From: Octopus sinensis
Taxonomy: Eukaryota
NCBI RefSeq assembly: GCF_006345805.1
Contig: NW_021831286.1
Location: 372,001-436,000, forward strand
DNA: 64,000 nt
Reading direction: 5' to 3'
Position numbers and translations under genes: made by a program. Every line of letters starts with the position of its first letter. Position 1 is the stretch's first letter. Shown piece by piece: positions 13,346 through 25,743 of this stretch. A model generated the notes under the pieces. It had not been told where the DNA came from, did not search any database, and saw nothing but the letters and a program-made list of their open reading frames with translations.

Positions 13346-14411
13346 TCACCTCCGTCTTCGATCATTATAGTACTGCCTAGTGAAAGGACCATCCACAGAC
13401 GAATCGTAAAACATTGGAAACATGCCATTAGAACGAGGAGGGAGATGTCGATATCCAGCAAAACCGAAATCCCTCAATATCGTAGACCCCTCATTCCAAT
13501 TATAAGCAATCGGTCCAACCCGTCTAATTCCCGGTCTAGAATAAAACCTACTGGTATATATTATATTAATACTGTGGAAAGGAATTGGAGTGCAATCGAC
13601 AGAGGTCAATTAAATAGTGCAGGTCTCTCCGACTGTCTGAAAATAAAACCGACATGAATTACCATGTTCATGTGGACGGGTTCTTCGGGGAACTTGACTG
13701 AGCCGTCTGTTATTAACTTGTACAACTCGGTCGATGAACGAACTAGGATATGACGCATAAATAAGCACCGTTTAGAATTGCCTAAAAATAATGTAAAAAA
13801 CCGACCTTTTCTCTGATTGAGTGACTTTAGACGGTCGGCTTTGAATTTTCCACCAACAAAATCGGCGACACGATCAATGTAATTATTGATAATGGCTGAA
13901 GGACAGTAGCCGGTAATGCAAGTCCTGCAGAGAGGACAACAGTTGGATTTGTCTAGCTGTGTCTGGGCAGACCACTCTTCAATGCAATTAAAGCAAAATG
14001 AATGAGAGCAATTTAGAGTGACAGCCTGTGGAAATTATGCAGTTTTAAATAACATCTATAATGATGGAGAGACAGATGCTACAGGACATTTCTTGTTCAA
14101 TGCCCTTAATGAGGAAATCGGACTTGGCACTTTGGTTAGTCGAGGGACTCGCCACGGCCGCAGTCAAATTTCGCTGCAAATCACATTTCTAAAATAATAG
14201 TCAAAGAATAAGACAGTTAGGGAACTTGTCTGTCAATGCTATCAACCTGACCGCATTACAAGAATAATTAATGACATGCTCCGCAGTGTAATGAGACTAC
14301 CTTAAGGCTAGCTTTCAGTCCATGTTTTTTCGATAGAATTTGTAGTCCCCTGTAGCTAAGTTTGAGAATGTCGCTTTTCTCGAATTCAACATGGTCGGCT
14401 ATGGAAGACAT
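13346..14411 (-). CDS. RING E3 ligase (RNF8-like RING) with N-terminal SAP/NuSAP-like motif
   Basis: Spliced EMSCSICLSIIIDAVTLNCSHSFCFNCIEEW...CPLCR; N-terminal LKLSYRGLQILSKKHGLKASLK; 22-28-nt introns. Confidence 0.75.
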
Positions 14412-15605
14412 TCCTAAGATGATAGATTAGGCTACTGCGTAAAATGCCTAAGTATTTAAGAAATATAGCACTGCAGCTCTAATCTCATTATGCTAAATAA
14501 TGCCCAATTCGAGTATTGAATTAAATAACGACAATGATAATACTTGAACTGCAAGTGCGTTTAAATTTTTGAATATTTATTGTATTTGAGCGTTTGACAT
14601 CCAGTTTGTATTTCTTATATTAATATTAAATTTAATAATAATATTTCTTTAAAAATTAGATGATAAATATTCATTAATATATTAATTTTTTAATTTCCAA
14701 TATCTCAGAAAATCAGTACACTTATTTAACTAATTAATATTACAAGATTAAAAAACCCTGAAATTGGCGATTTTAGGAGGTCGATTGTTACCACAAATTA
14801 AACAAAATACCGCAGATTATAATTCTGCCAATTATTCACCAATACCTTAATCTATCGACTTAAGAACTCGATATTTAATCATTATTCCAGCATTATAAAT
14901 TTGTGAATTTACGTATTGACTACTTATTTGGTCGGTAATGATTATTTCTTTGATGTACTTACTAACAGTACATGTGGTTGACTAACATGAATCTGCAAGT
15001 TTACAATCTAAAAATCAAAAACGATTCTTTTCGCTGTTTCTTTTTTTGACGAAGAATGGTTCTTATTCTAATCAAATTTTGACGATCAATCGAGTAACAA
15101 ATTGACCAATTTCTTTTATAATTGAATAAATTGGCTGTTAATTGAATAAAGACTCATTTTTGGAAACCTAAGGAGGCATCACTTAGCATGTTTATTGGAT
15201 TTTGAATTGCTGTTTAAAATAATGTTCTAACTAATAATCATTAATAATCCTAATATTTCATTTGATTATTCAAAACTTTCAAAAATAGATTCATTCCGTA
15301 CACGGTTCTATTAGTAATTAAAACTGTTGTTATTCACTAAAAATTTCGTGACTATTTGATTATCATTAAAATTGATGTGCCGGCGAGAATAATTTCGATT
15401 TTTATGAATCCACCTAAAAGTATTGAGCCCAATAGCCTAATTTTACCCACTAAATGGACTTTTATAATTGATATGATTAGAATTACTATCCAATATTACT
15501 CCAAATATATATCGAGTTTATCATTCTTTTATCCAAATTCTTGATCGATCGAACCAGTTTATTAATTAAAAACTGCCGTATTTTGCTAGCGCTTGTACTG
15601 TATTC

Positions 15606-16350
15606 ATGGATAAGCAGCATTCAGCTAATCAAAAGGAATTAGAAACTTTATCTATAAATGATTTGGTTTCTGTAAATATATATTTCAGAGTCTTCAAACC
15701 TCGTCAGTCTCGTCAGTTTGCTGCAGAATCTGCCAGAGTGGTGGGGAAAATGCAAGTCCTCTTGTCAACGTATGCAAATGTTTGGGCACGATCGGATTTG
15801 TACACGTTTCCTGTCTAAATGTAAAGGATCAGTCATAAGCCTAGATTTGGATTAAGGCTTCGAAAGGAAATCAATATGGAGACCTCGAAATAATACAAAG
15901 TCGACTTACATGTGAGATTTGCAATTCCCCGTTTTCCCTTAAAAGACGATTTGTTGGGGTTTTATTTAAATTTAAATTTCAGTTCAGAAATTTAAAGTTT
16001 GTTCATTTGACTTCTTTGGAGGTTTTTTATCATATTTTCTTTCTATTTAACTTTTTTGTAATGGCAGTATCATCTCTTGCGATGATAATTTGTTTTCTCA
16101 GCCCTGAAATCCGTGAATCTATTGGCAAAAGGGGGACAGAAATGACTTGTTTGGGGTGTGGAATTGTTTTTTTTGCATCATTTGGATTGCTCCTATTCAC
16201 AGAGTTTAAGTCCAAGGTCTCATTCCGTCAATATTTATGCAACTTTATTCTGAGCAATACTTATTACGATATACTTGATAAGACTTGATTTATTCTATTC
16301 ACTACTTGTACAAACAAGTCTAAAATTAACAAGCACGAGAGTTAATTGAC
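15606..16350 (+). CDS. MARCH-family RING-CH membrane E3 ligase
   Basis: CRICQ...VCKCLGTIGFVHVSCLNIWI...TCEIC followed by two TM helices; 3' end uncertain. Confidence 0.85.
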
Positions 16351-16656
16351 TAAATTAGCTTATTCTAACAAAATTTGTCGATATTGTGAACATTAGCATT
16401 CCGCTTTGACAAGAAATGGACCATTAACTAATTTTATTCGGTCAATTCATTCTACATGCAATTTAAGAACACAATTTCGTTCAATGAACGTGTTTCTAAA
16501 AAGATTTAGTAGCCAAAAATATTTTTTTGATAATTAGTATTAATTTAACTAAGAAAAGTATGCAAAGCCAGGCAGAATCCTGAATAATGGCCAGGCAGAA
16601 TCATTAAATAATGGAATAATTAACAATTTTAATTAATAGAATAACGTCATTACAAT

Positions 16657-17761
<1,105 letters not shown>

Positions 17762-18176
17762 ATTCGTTTCCGATTTGTTTTTTTGAGTAAAATTATTGTT
17801 TTTTAGTAGGCAATGTGTATCCAACTCGTCTGAATTATTTTTTTACCAATTTAACTTTTTATTGATAATTGAAAGAATTTATCACTCTTAAACAAATAGA
17901 ACGACAGCCAACATTTGTAACACATTTTAGAAATAAATTTGTGAATATAACAATCGTTTTTCCACAAATCATTTTAAATATAATCATTTTCGTAGATAAT
18001 TTTATCAAAATCTAATCACAGGCAATTTATTTATCTAAGTCTAAAACCACCTCTGATATAGGCACATTTATAAATATCTTATTTACTGTCCACTAAAACA
18101 TTGGAGAACATTGATATAAAATTAGGTATTAAATATAAAAAAAGAGGAAAAAAATAAATCAACATTAACAAACAAA

Positions 18177-18532
18177 TCATTCATTTTGTACAAAAGGGTT
18201 GGCAATCTCATCGAATCCATCAGAAGGGCAAATAAGCACAATTGCATTCCCACGACAGACAACAAGACCCAACTTTCTGACCTTTCCTGTCAACCGACCA
18301 GTGTCCTCTAAGTCCCTCAAATATTCGGTAGTATCATCCAAGACCAGGTTGAGGACATTGTCGTAGCCTTTTAAGATCCCAGTAACTAAAAAATAATATA
18401 ATTTAATGCCACCTTCCCGGCCTAATGTGAATTTAATTCGGACTGATTTGTCGACGTACCTGCTGAGGTCGATCACTGAATCTTTGCGTTTATCTTGACT
18501 CTATTTGGATAAATCGAGATACAACAAACCAT
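18177..18532 (-). CDS. LSM7: U6 snRNA-associated Sm-like protein LSm7
   Basis: DLSRYVDKSVRIKF.GREVTGILKGYD..LNLVLDD...LGLVVCRG...IANPF; 29- and 27-nt introns. Confidence 0.95.
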
Positions 18533-18741
18533 AACAAGATCAATGTGATTTTTATTTTTTTAATTTTGAATAAATGTTATTAAAAAATATAATTTATTAT
18601 TATATTAATTGATGAAAATTTATTAAATGATTAATATTAATAAAAATATTATAAATATTATTTTTTCCACTTTTTACTATTTATTTTAAAAATTATTTAA
18701 ATTTTTTTAAATAATAAAAAATAATAAATTATTTTTTAGCT
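18533..18741. promoter_or_regulatory. Very AT-rich divergent (bidirectional) promoter, LSM7/TSFM
   Basis: 209 bp of almost pure A/T between head-to-head ATGs. Confidence 0.6.
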
Positions 18742-19570
18742 ATGTTATCGTGTGTCTTTTCACGACACACAAAAAGAATTTTTTCTCAATCAAACTCACT
18801 CGATTCTTTAAAAAAATTACGAGAAAAAACAGGCTACAGCATTTCAGCTTGTAAAACAGCCCTCATAAATTCTAATTACGATTTTAACCAGGCAGAAAAT
18901 TGGATCGAATCCCAAGCACAAATAAAAGGCTGGGCAAAGACTCAAAAACAAATCCAATCAACTCAAGGATTGTTGGGACTCACACAAAACTCATCTGGAC
19001 TATATATACTCGAATTAAACTGCCAAAGTGACTTTGTGGCAAAGACAGCTACATTTCAGTCCCTTTTGATTCATCTTATGGAGTCATTTGTGTCTCGTTC
19101 TGATTCTTGTTTGTATAATCAGGATTTTGACCAGCTCATTTCTCCCCAAATTATTCGTCTCGGTGAGAATATAAAAGTAAAACAGACTTATTTTTTGCCC
19201 AAAATGAAGCATTCTGTTGGTATTTACACTCACGGTGGAGGTATATTTGATAAAGTAGTTTTCAGTTCTGGCGGAGGGAGTTGTCCTTCCACCGGGGACT
19301 GGAATGTCGAAATATGCGGGGATTGTGTGGTATGAAGAAGGGGATGGATATTTTCAGAGACCTGAGCAGTTGGGAAGGAATTTGGCTCAGCATGTAGTCG
19401 GGATGAGGCCAAGGAGGCTTGATTGTGGAAATGTGGATATTTCGGATTCCTTTTTGGGACAGAAATATCTCTTTGATGATGAGAAGACTGTTTTTGAATA
19501 TATTAATGATGTGGGTGTCAAGATTCTCGGTTTTAAGTATTTTGAAAGTGGAGGTTCTTCGTTTCCCTAA
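18742..19570 (+). CDS. TSFM: Mitochondrial elongation factor Ts
   Basis: LKKLREKTGYSISACKTAL, ELNCQSDFVAK, LGENI, GRNLAQHVVGMRP; a 22-nt intron near 19254 joins the two ORFs. Confidence 0.93.
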
Positions 19571-19779
19571 TTAGTTGAATGATTTACATTTTTCTCGTTG
19601 TTGAAATAATATTACATCTTAAATTTGTTCAGTCAGTTTATATATTTAGTTTTTATTTTTATGGACTATTTTAAAAGAATTTTTTGTTTTTCTAAGATTT
19701 TTGGCCAATGAAATTAAAAAAAGAATTTTCATAATAATAGTGAATGAGACTACAGTTTTATAATTTCGTAATTCACGTT

Positions 19780-20660
19780 TCAAACAGTTATGGAACGTGT
19801 CCATCTTGATAGAATACTTTTGGTTATAGAAATGAAGAAACATACAAAAATGAACATTATGATCAGATATATATAGTTTTCTACATGTTACTATTATATA
19901 AACTGTATATAATAATTTTTTCGATATGAATTGGAGTGTAATATATTTCCTTCTGTCCCTGAGGTAGTACAAATGTCAGGTTTAATGAAACATAGTTTTC
20001 TTTTAGGTTTAGGTTTGGAAAATAAACAAAATCTAAAATGAATTGAAATGAAAACTGTTTTCGACTTTCTTACAAATGTTGTAGTCCACAATGCACAAAC
20101 AGACAGATGTGAAATTATCACTTCTTGTTTTCAAGGATAAGTGAAGATGTTGATATCGATGAAACGCTTTTATTTCTAACAAAATGTTTTCAAAATCTAT
20201 TTTCAATTTGATTTAAATACCAAAAAATATTTTCTGGTTCTTTGTCCAAATCCAATATCTGAAAAAAAATTCAATATTCTGAAAGTTATAATTTATATTT
20301 GGACGCAATCTTGCGGTGTTTCGGTTATTTCTTATCTTTAAATTCTAATTAGATAAGATGGACCAGGTATATTATTTCACTTGATGTCTGCATAGATTTG
20401 TTCCTGACAAAAGTCACCGAATCCGATGAGTCAAAATCAAATCGTGAAAAAACAGCAGTCGGCAACTCTAGAGTAAACTTCAGAACTTAAACCTTGGTAC
20501 CAAATCAAAAAATTGTTTCCTCCGCAAGAATAGTTCATCGAATTGAATTTTTTCAGATTGTCTATAAAAGTGGAATTTAATACTAAAAAAATTATTTTAT
20601 CTAAACTACCTGTTGAGTTAAGGCAGGCTGGAGCATCGAGCACTGTTCCATTTGACAGAT
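19780..20660 (-). CDS. Hypothetical multi-exon gene with C-terminal TM helix (faint PIG-X resemblance)
   Basis: Fragments IHFRF, LTFVLPQG and hydrophobic YLIIMFIFVCFFISIT; the model could not be resolved. Confidence 0.25.
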
Positions 20661-21077
20661 ATATTGTTTCTAATAAAAATTTGAAATTTATTTATTAACC
20701 TTTACTAAAAACTTTTATAAAAAATATGAATAATATAAGCATTTTGATTATAGGCAGATAACGTTTAATTGATAAGAAAATAAATGTTATTTTATTTAAA
20801 AATCTCTTTTTCTTTACAAAAATAACAATCAAGTTTTAAAAATAAGTAAATTAATTCACGAAATAATTTAGTCAAAATATTGAGCCAGACTTTACGAATA
20901 TTTTGAGAATGCACGTATTAATCAAGATTCTATTAAAGTGCAGTCCATATAAAAAAACAGACCAAAAGTGTTAAACTTAATATGCCTCTTAAAGCAGAGA
21001 ATCACAAAATTAACCAAAGTGCGAAATTACTTGAAAAGCAATTAAAAAAGCAAAACGAAATTTACAGAAATGATAAA

Positions 21078-22596
21078 TCAAAGAATATTGTGACTACCCA
21101 TTTTTTTAGATCTGTCCATCTAAAAACATTCAAACTCACAGCCTAACTTTTGACTTATTTGAGCAAGTGATTGACCGAGTAGTCTACAATTATGAATATT
21201 AACACACAACCGAATGAAGAGAGAGGTGACTCGCAGCAGGAACCCGAGAAGGCAAGTTGTGGGACGCCTTCTTGAGAATTCTCTGCTCCTTACGACTCTT
21301 CCTTGTCTCCTCCAGAAGAATCCGCTCATTTTCCACAAAATCACGGAAATTCGTCTTCTGACCCTCCACAAACGCAATTAAATAAGAATCAGAAATGTCC
21401 TCGATCGAATACGACAAAATCTTGGCTTCCAATCGAGACAATTCCTTCTGAATCTTATTAGTCTGAGCTTGTTCCTTCAGCAAAATGCCCCCTCTGTTCT
21501 TTAAACGATCAGGGTCGGTAGATCTTTCATCAATTAGGATAAATTCTTCCCAATTCGTCTTCCATTTATTAACAAGTCCAGCCAAACTCGTAGCATTTTC
21601 CTTTATCTGTTTGACACGTGCCAATTTATCAAGAAGAAGATCTATTTCATCACTTTTTTGAATGTCCCCGACTGTGTAGTACTCCTCAATCTCAAAAAGC
21701 TTCACCAAATCATCCGATTCTGAGAGAATTGTCTCAAAAACACGTTCTTTCTGACTTTCCAACCGACACTTCAACCTTTCTAATAATCCAGACAGCCGAA
21801 AAATAATATTCTGAGACACTTTTCCTTCCACATCGATAGAAATATTTTCCACGCCACATCCAGCCAATTCTAACTTCCAATTGAGGTCCCAACATGCAGA
21901 AATAAGGTCTTGAATCCTCTCTTTTCTCGACAAAACCTCCTCTTCAAAACTCTGCAGACTTTCCAGACACTTTCTGAGGAATTGGGACGACAAAACCGGC
22001 GGATTTTCAACAAAAAACTCAGGAAGTGACACATCTTCAAGTTTGTTGACAAATTCACATATTTTTTGGAGATAAGACTGGTATATCGTCTCATTGGTCT
22101 CTACTTGAAGGGACAACTCGTCCACAAAGGCCTGGAGGTCGTTGATGTACTCAACTGACGGAATTCCGCCTGAATATTCACGGAATTGTTCTCTTTGGAG
22201 GATTTCGGTGTATTTTAGATGTTTTTCGTTTATTTTGTGAAAGTTGGACAGTCGGTGGTCTCTTTCTGTTTTCAGTCGCTCGTAGTATTCGTGGATGTGC
22301 TGGGATTGTTCGTATATCTTTGATTCTGGGTCCTCTGTGTAATCAAAGTCTATATTCAGATCTCTGGCGAGGGTCTCTGCCATAGATCTCATCTCTGACA
22401 TGTTATTCAGGAAGTTGGTCTTTTGATCGTTTTCGTTTTCGACAATCAGAACTAGTCGTGCTTTTAGATGGGCAAATAATCGAGACAATCTTTTATTTTG
22501 TTCGGCTTGGGGAAGTCCAATTGAATTCCAAATTTGATAGAGTTCTGAGATTATTTGTTTCGAGTTTAGCTCATCCTCAAAATTAAAGTCACACAT
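21078..22596 (-). CDS. PRC1: Protein regulator of cytokinesis 1 (MAP65/Ase1 family)
   Basis: ELYQIWNSIGL, coiled coil, DPDRLKNRGGILLKE signature; the last small exons are inferred. Confidence 0.9.
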
Positions 22597-22852
22597 CAAC
22601 AATGATATAATTGTATGGCTCCAATTTATTTTATAATAATAGAATTGGAATATTAATTAAAATTTAGATATAAATTATTAAAAAACACAAATTTACGAAA
22701 TCTTTAGAAATAATTTAATCATTTTTAATCTCTATGTTATTTTTAAAATTTATTTCTAAAATTAATTTATTATAATTTTTATAATTAAAAATAATATTAA
22801 TTAAAAAAATAATAATTTAAATAAGCAATAGTTAATCTAACAATTCTGTTCC
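22597..22852. promoter_or_regulatory. AT-rich divergent promoter, PRC1/PITP
   Basis: ~255 bp AT island between head-to-head starts. Confidence 0.55.
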
Positions 22853-23862
22853 ATGTTGATCAGAGAATAGTTTTAATATTAAAATAACATTTCTAGTCGA
22901 ATTCCACTGCCAATGACAGTAGAGGAGGTTGTAGCCTCCCCGAATAACCAATAGTACCAAGTAGCACAGCTCTACGTAGTCGCCGAAATCAGCAAATCTG
23001 AGACATATTCCGGAGAAGGTGTCGAAATCATCATAAACGAGCCCTTCAGTGATCCTAACAAACCAATATTTGACATATACGACTCTGGGCAGTACACCAA
23101 GAAGATATATCACCTCCAAAGGTACTTCTACCCTCCCAATCAAGTCGAGTCCCCTCCGTTGTGAAGGCTTTGGCTCCAAAGGGGTCACTTAGGTTGGAGG
23201 AGAATGCCTGGAATGCCTATCCTTACTGCAAAACCCTCATTTCTGTACAAATGGGGACTCATTTGGCAGAATCCTGAATATATGAAAGACAAGTTTCTCA
23301 TTTCCATCGAAACAATCCACCTTCCTGACCGCGGAGACACGGAAAACGTGATTTATAATAACATTGCAGGCACATAACCTGAGTCCTCAACTACTCAAGG
23401 CAAGGACTGTAGAAATGATTGATATTTGCCAAGAAAAGCCCAAAGTTGACAAAATCAGTTCATTTTAGAACTCTGAATTTGTCCCTTCTCAGTGGGAGTC
23501 GGTAAAGACTGGAAGGAGTCTAAATTCGGGGAAGGATTGGATGGTTTGTTGGTGAGTCTGAGTGTTAGAATAACGTGGAACCAATCATGTGTTGTTATAA
23601 ACTGGTGAAAGTTAATTTTGAGTTTTTTGGGCTGAGGACAGTGGTTGAGAAGTTGATTCAAGACGTGGGATTGGTATTTGATGGTTTAGTATGAAAAAAA
23701 CTTGTTTTGTCGGTTTCATAGCCAGTTGGTGTGTCAGATGGATTTGTGGCATGGAATGTCGATTGAGGAAATCCGTAGAATCGAGGAAAAAACGAGGGAT
23801 GAGCTTGTCAATGTTTGTTGTCGATTGTTCATTTTTAGTTGAGGAATAATTCTAATAGTTAA
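22853..23862 (+). CDS. PITPNA: Phosphatidylinositol transfer protein (class I); absent from the ORF track
   Basis: Removing nine 22-27-nt GT-AG introns gives [23 protein letters not shown]...GEGVE...[10 protein letters not shown]...[10 protein letters not shown]...MCCYKLV...[21 protein letters not shown]. Alpha versus beta cannot be distinguished. Confidence 0.93.
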
Positions 23863-24074
23863 TTTGATTGTATATTAACTTGAGAATTTTTGGATTTTAT
23901 TAGGAATTGTTTTATTTTTTCATTTAGTTACCATTTTTTGATATTTTAGGAGTACTTTATTGTGTATTCGGCTTTGACGTGATATTAAAGAATGAACTTT
24001 TGATTTTAAGCAAATTTAGCAACTAATTTATTGAAAACTTATTTAAACAACACATGGTAGTATCGAGCGTTCTA

Positions 24075-24712
24075 CACTTTTATAATCTGCTTCAAAATAG
24101 GTTAGTGACAGTCTGGCAATTAATCTTTAAAATTAGCTGGTTTATTAACGGATGTTAAAGACTTTCTGCTCTCAAAATTTCCTGTTTGAATGTGATATCA
24201 ACGACTAAAAACTAATATTCGATAATTAAAAACCACAGTAATAACCTGATTAATATCAGGCAAATTAACGTAATTCGACTATTTCGAATTTGTGTGATGA
24301 CGTGGCTGTGTCAAGTTCTTTGACTACCGGTGTTTATTGGAAATTCAACTTGGTATCTCTTCGGGCGTCGTGAGATTCAAAACTCTTTAGAAAAACACTC
24401 CGTAAACATATCTAAAAACGACCGCTGTCTATTTGGATAAATTAAAACCTACCGATTTCTACAAAAAATCAAAATAACTAATTAGTACCGCCTGGTTGCA
24501 CTACTTATTTTATAATCTGCTTCAAAATCTGCCAATGACAGTCAGGCAATTAATCTTTGAGATTAGCTGGGTTATCAAGCGGGTGTTAAAAGATTGAGTA
24601 TTTCTGCAATTTATTTTCTTAAAACCTCGGATGTGATATTAACGACTAAAACTAAGATCAGGATAATTAAAAACCACAATAATAATTTGAGTAATATCAG
24701 GCAAATTAACTT
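24075..24712. repeat. Diverged direct repeat, ~200 bp (24079-24270 / 24510-24710)
   Basis: Shared TTTATAATCTGCTTCAAAAT...GATAATTAAAAACCACA...TAATATCAGGCAAATTAAC; probably 3' UTRs of the adjacent RTE-like LINE. Confidence 0.65.
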
Positions 24713-25743
24713 ATTTCAACAATTTACAATTTTTGTTCCGAAGATCTCTGTAACTGGGAGAGTATTTCTTGGGCGTCCACGGAAACGAGGTCCCTCAGCT
24801 TCAAAATAGTCCTCCATAGCGGTGTTTGCCGTGTCTTCAAATCCATCCGATCTATCAGAATAGCTTCCACCTGCATGCTGTAATTTAGAGAGATATTGAT
24901 TTGCTTGATGTTCTGGTCTGAATTGTTTTACTGCTAAGCCTGAAATTGCCGAATCAAAAAGTCCGCATGTTCTAGAATTATAAAGGAGGATAGATTTCAT
25001 TAGTGAATTGTATAAGCAAATCCGTTTTATGTACTGAGTCTTTTTTACTTTAGCCAATCTTACTTTAGGTGGCGTAGTACGCTGTTTGCATGTTTTTTTG
25101 CATAACCACTTTTTGTCTGTTTCCAACCAGAAATACAAATTTCTTAACTTTTCTTCAATATTCGTCCAGATTAGACATATGTCTGACAAGTTTAGTCAAT
25201 TCTGTTTTTTCCACATTTACATTGAGGAACCACTCAGCAAGTTTATTTGGCATCACCTCCAATAGGCTTTCCAGAATATTTCAGTTGAAAAAAATGTCTC
25301 TCAATGCATCTTCCAGATATACGACAAACAGTATAGGAAAAAGCGAATCTCCTTAAAATGTTCCCAAAGTTGTTTCAAATGACTTTTCCCTGACCGATAG
25401 ATAGGTTTCTGATAGAGTACCCTATCATCCGGGTAGAAAATTTGTCAAAGAATTCTGTAAGGACATCAATCAATTTCTGACGATTGATCGAGTCAAAAGC
25501 TCTTGAATATCAATTACAAGAATGTTTGTCGCATTTTTTCTCACTTTTATGCTTAATTAGTTCTAGTCCTTATACTACTAGAGTTTTATCGTTTTTGAGC
25601 TTAGCGCAAGCTCTTTGACCTTCTTCAGAAGTTATTTCCAACTCCAATTTCCTGGGATGGTCAGTAAATACTGCAATTCCGTTGCTTTCTGATTTAAACA
25701 GTTTTTTGGCTGGCAATTAATTTTGCCGCAAAATCTGCAATTT

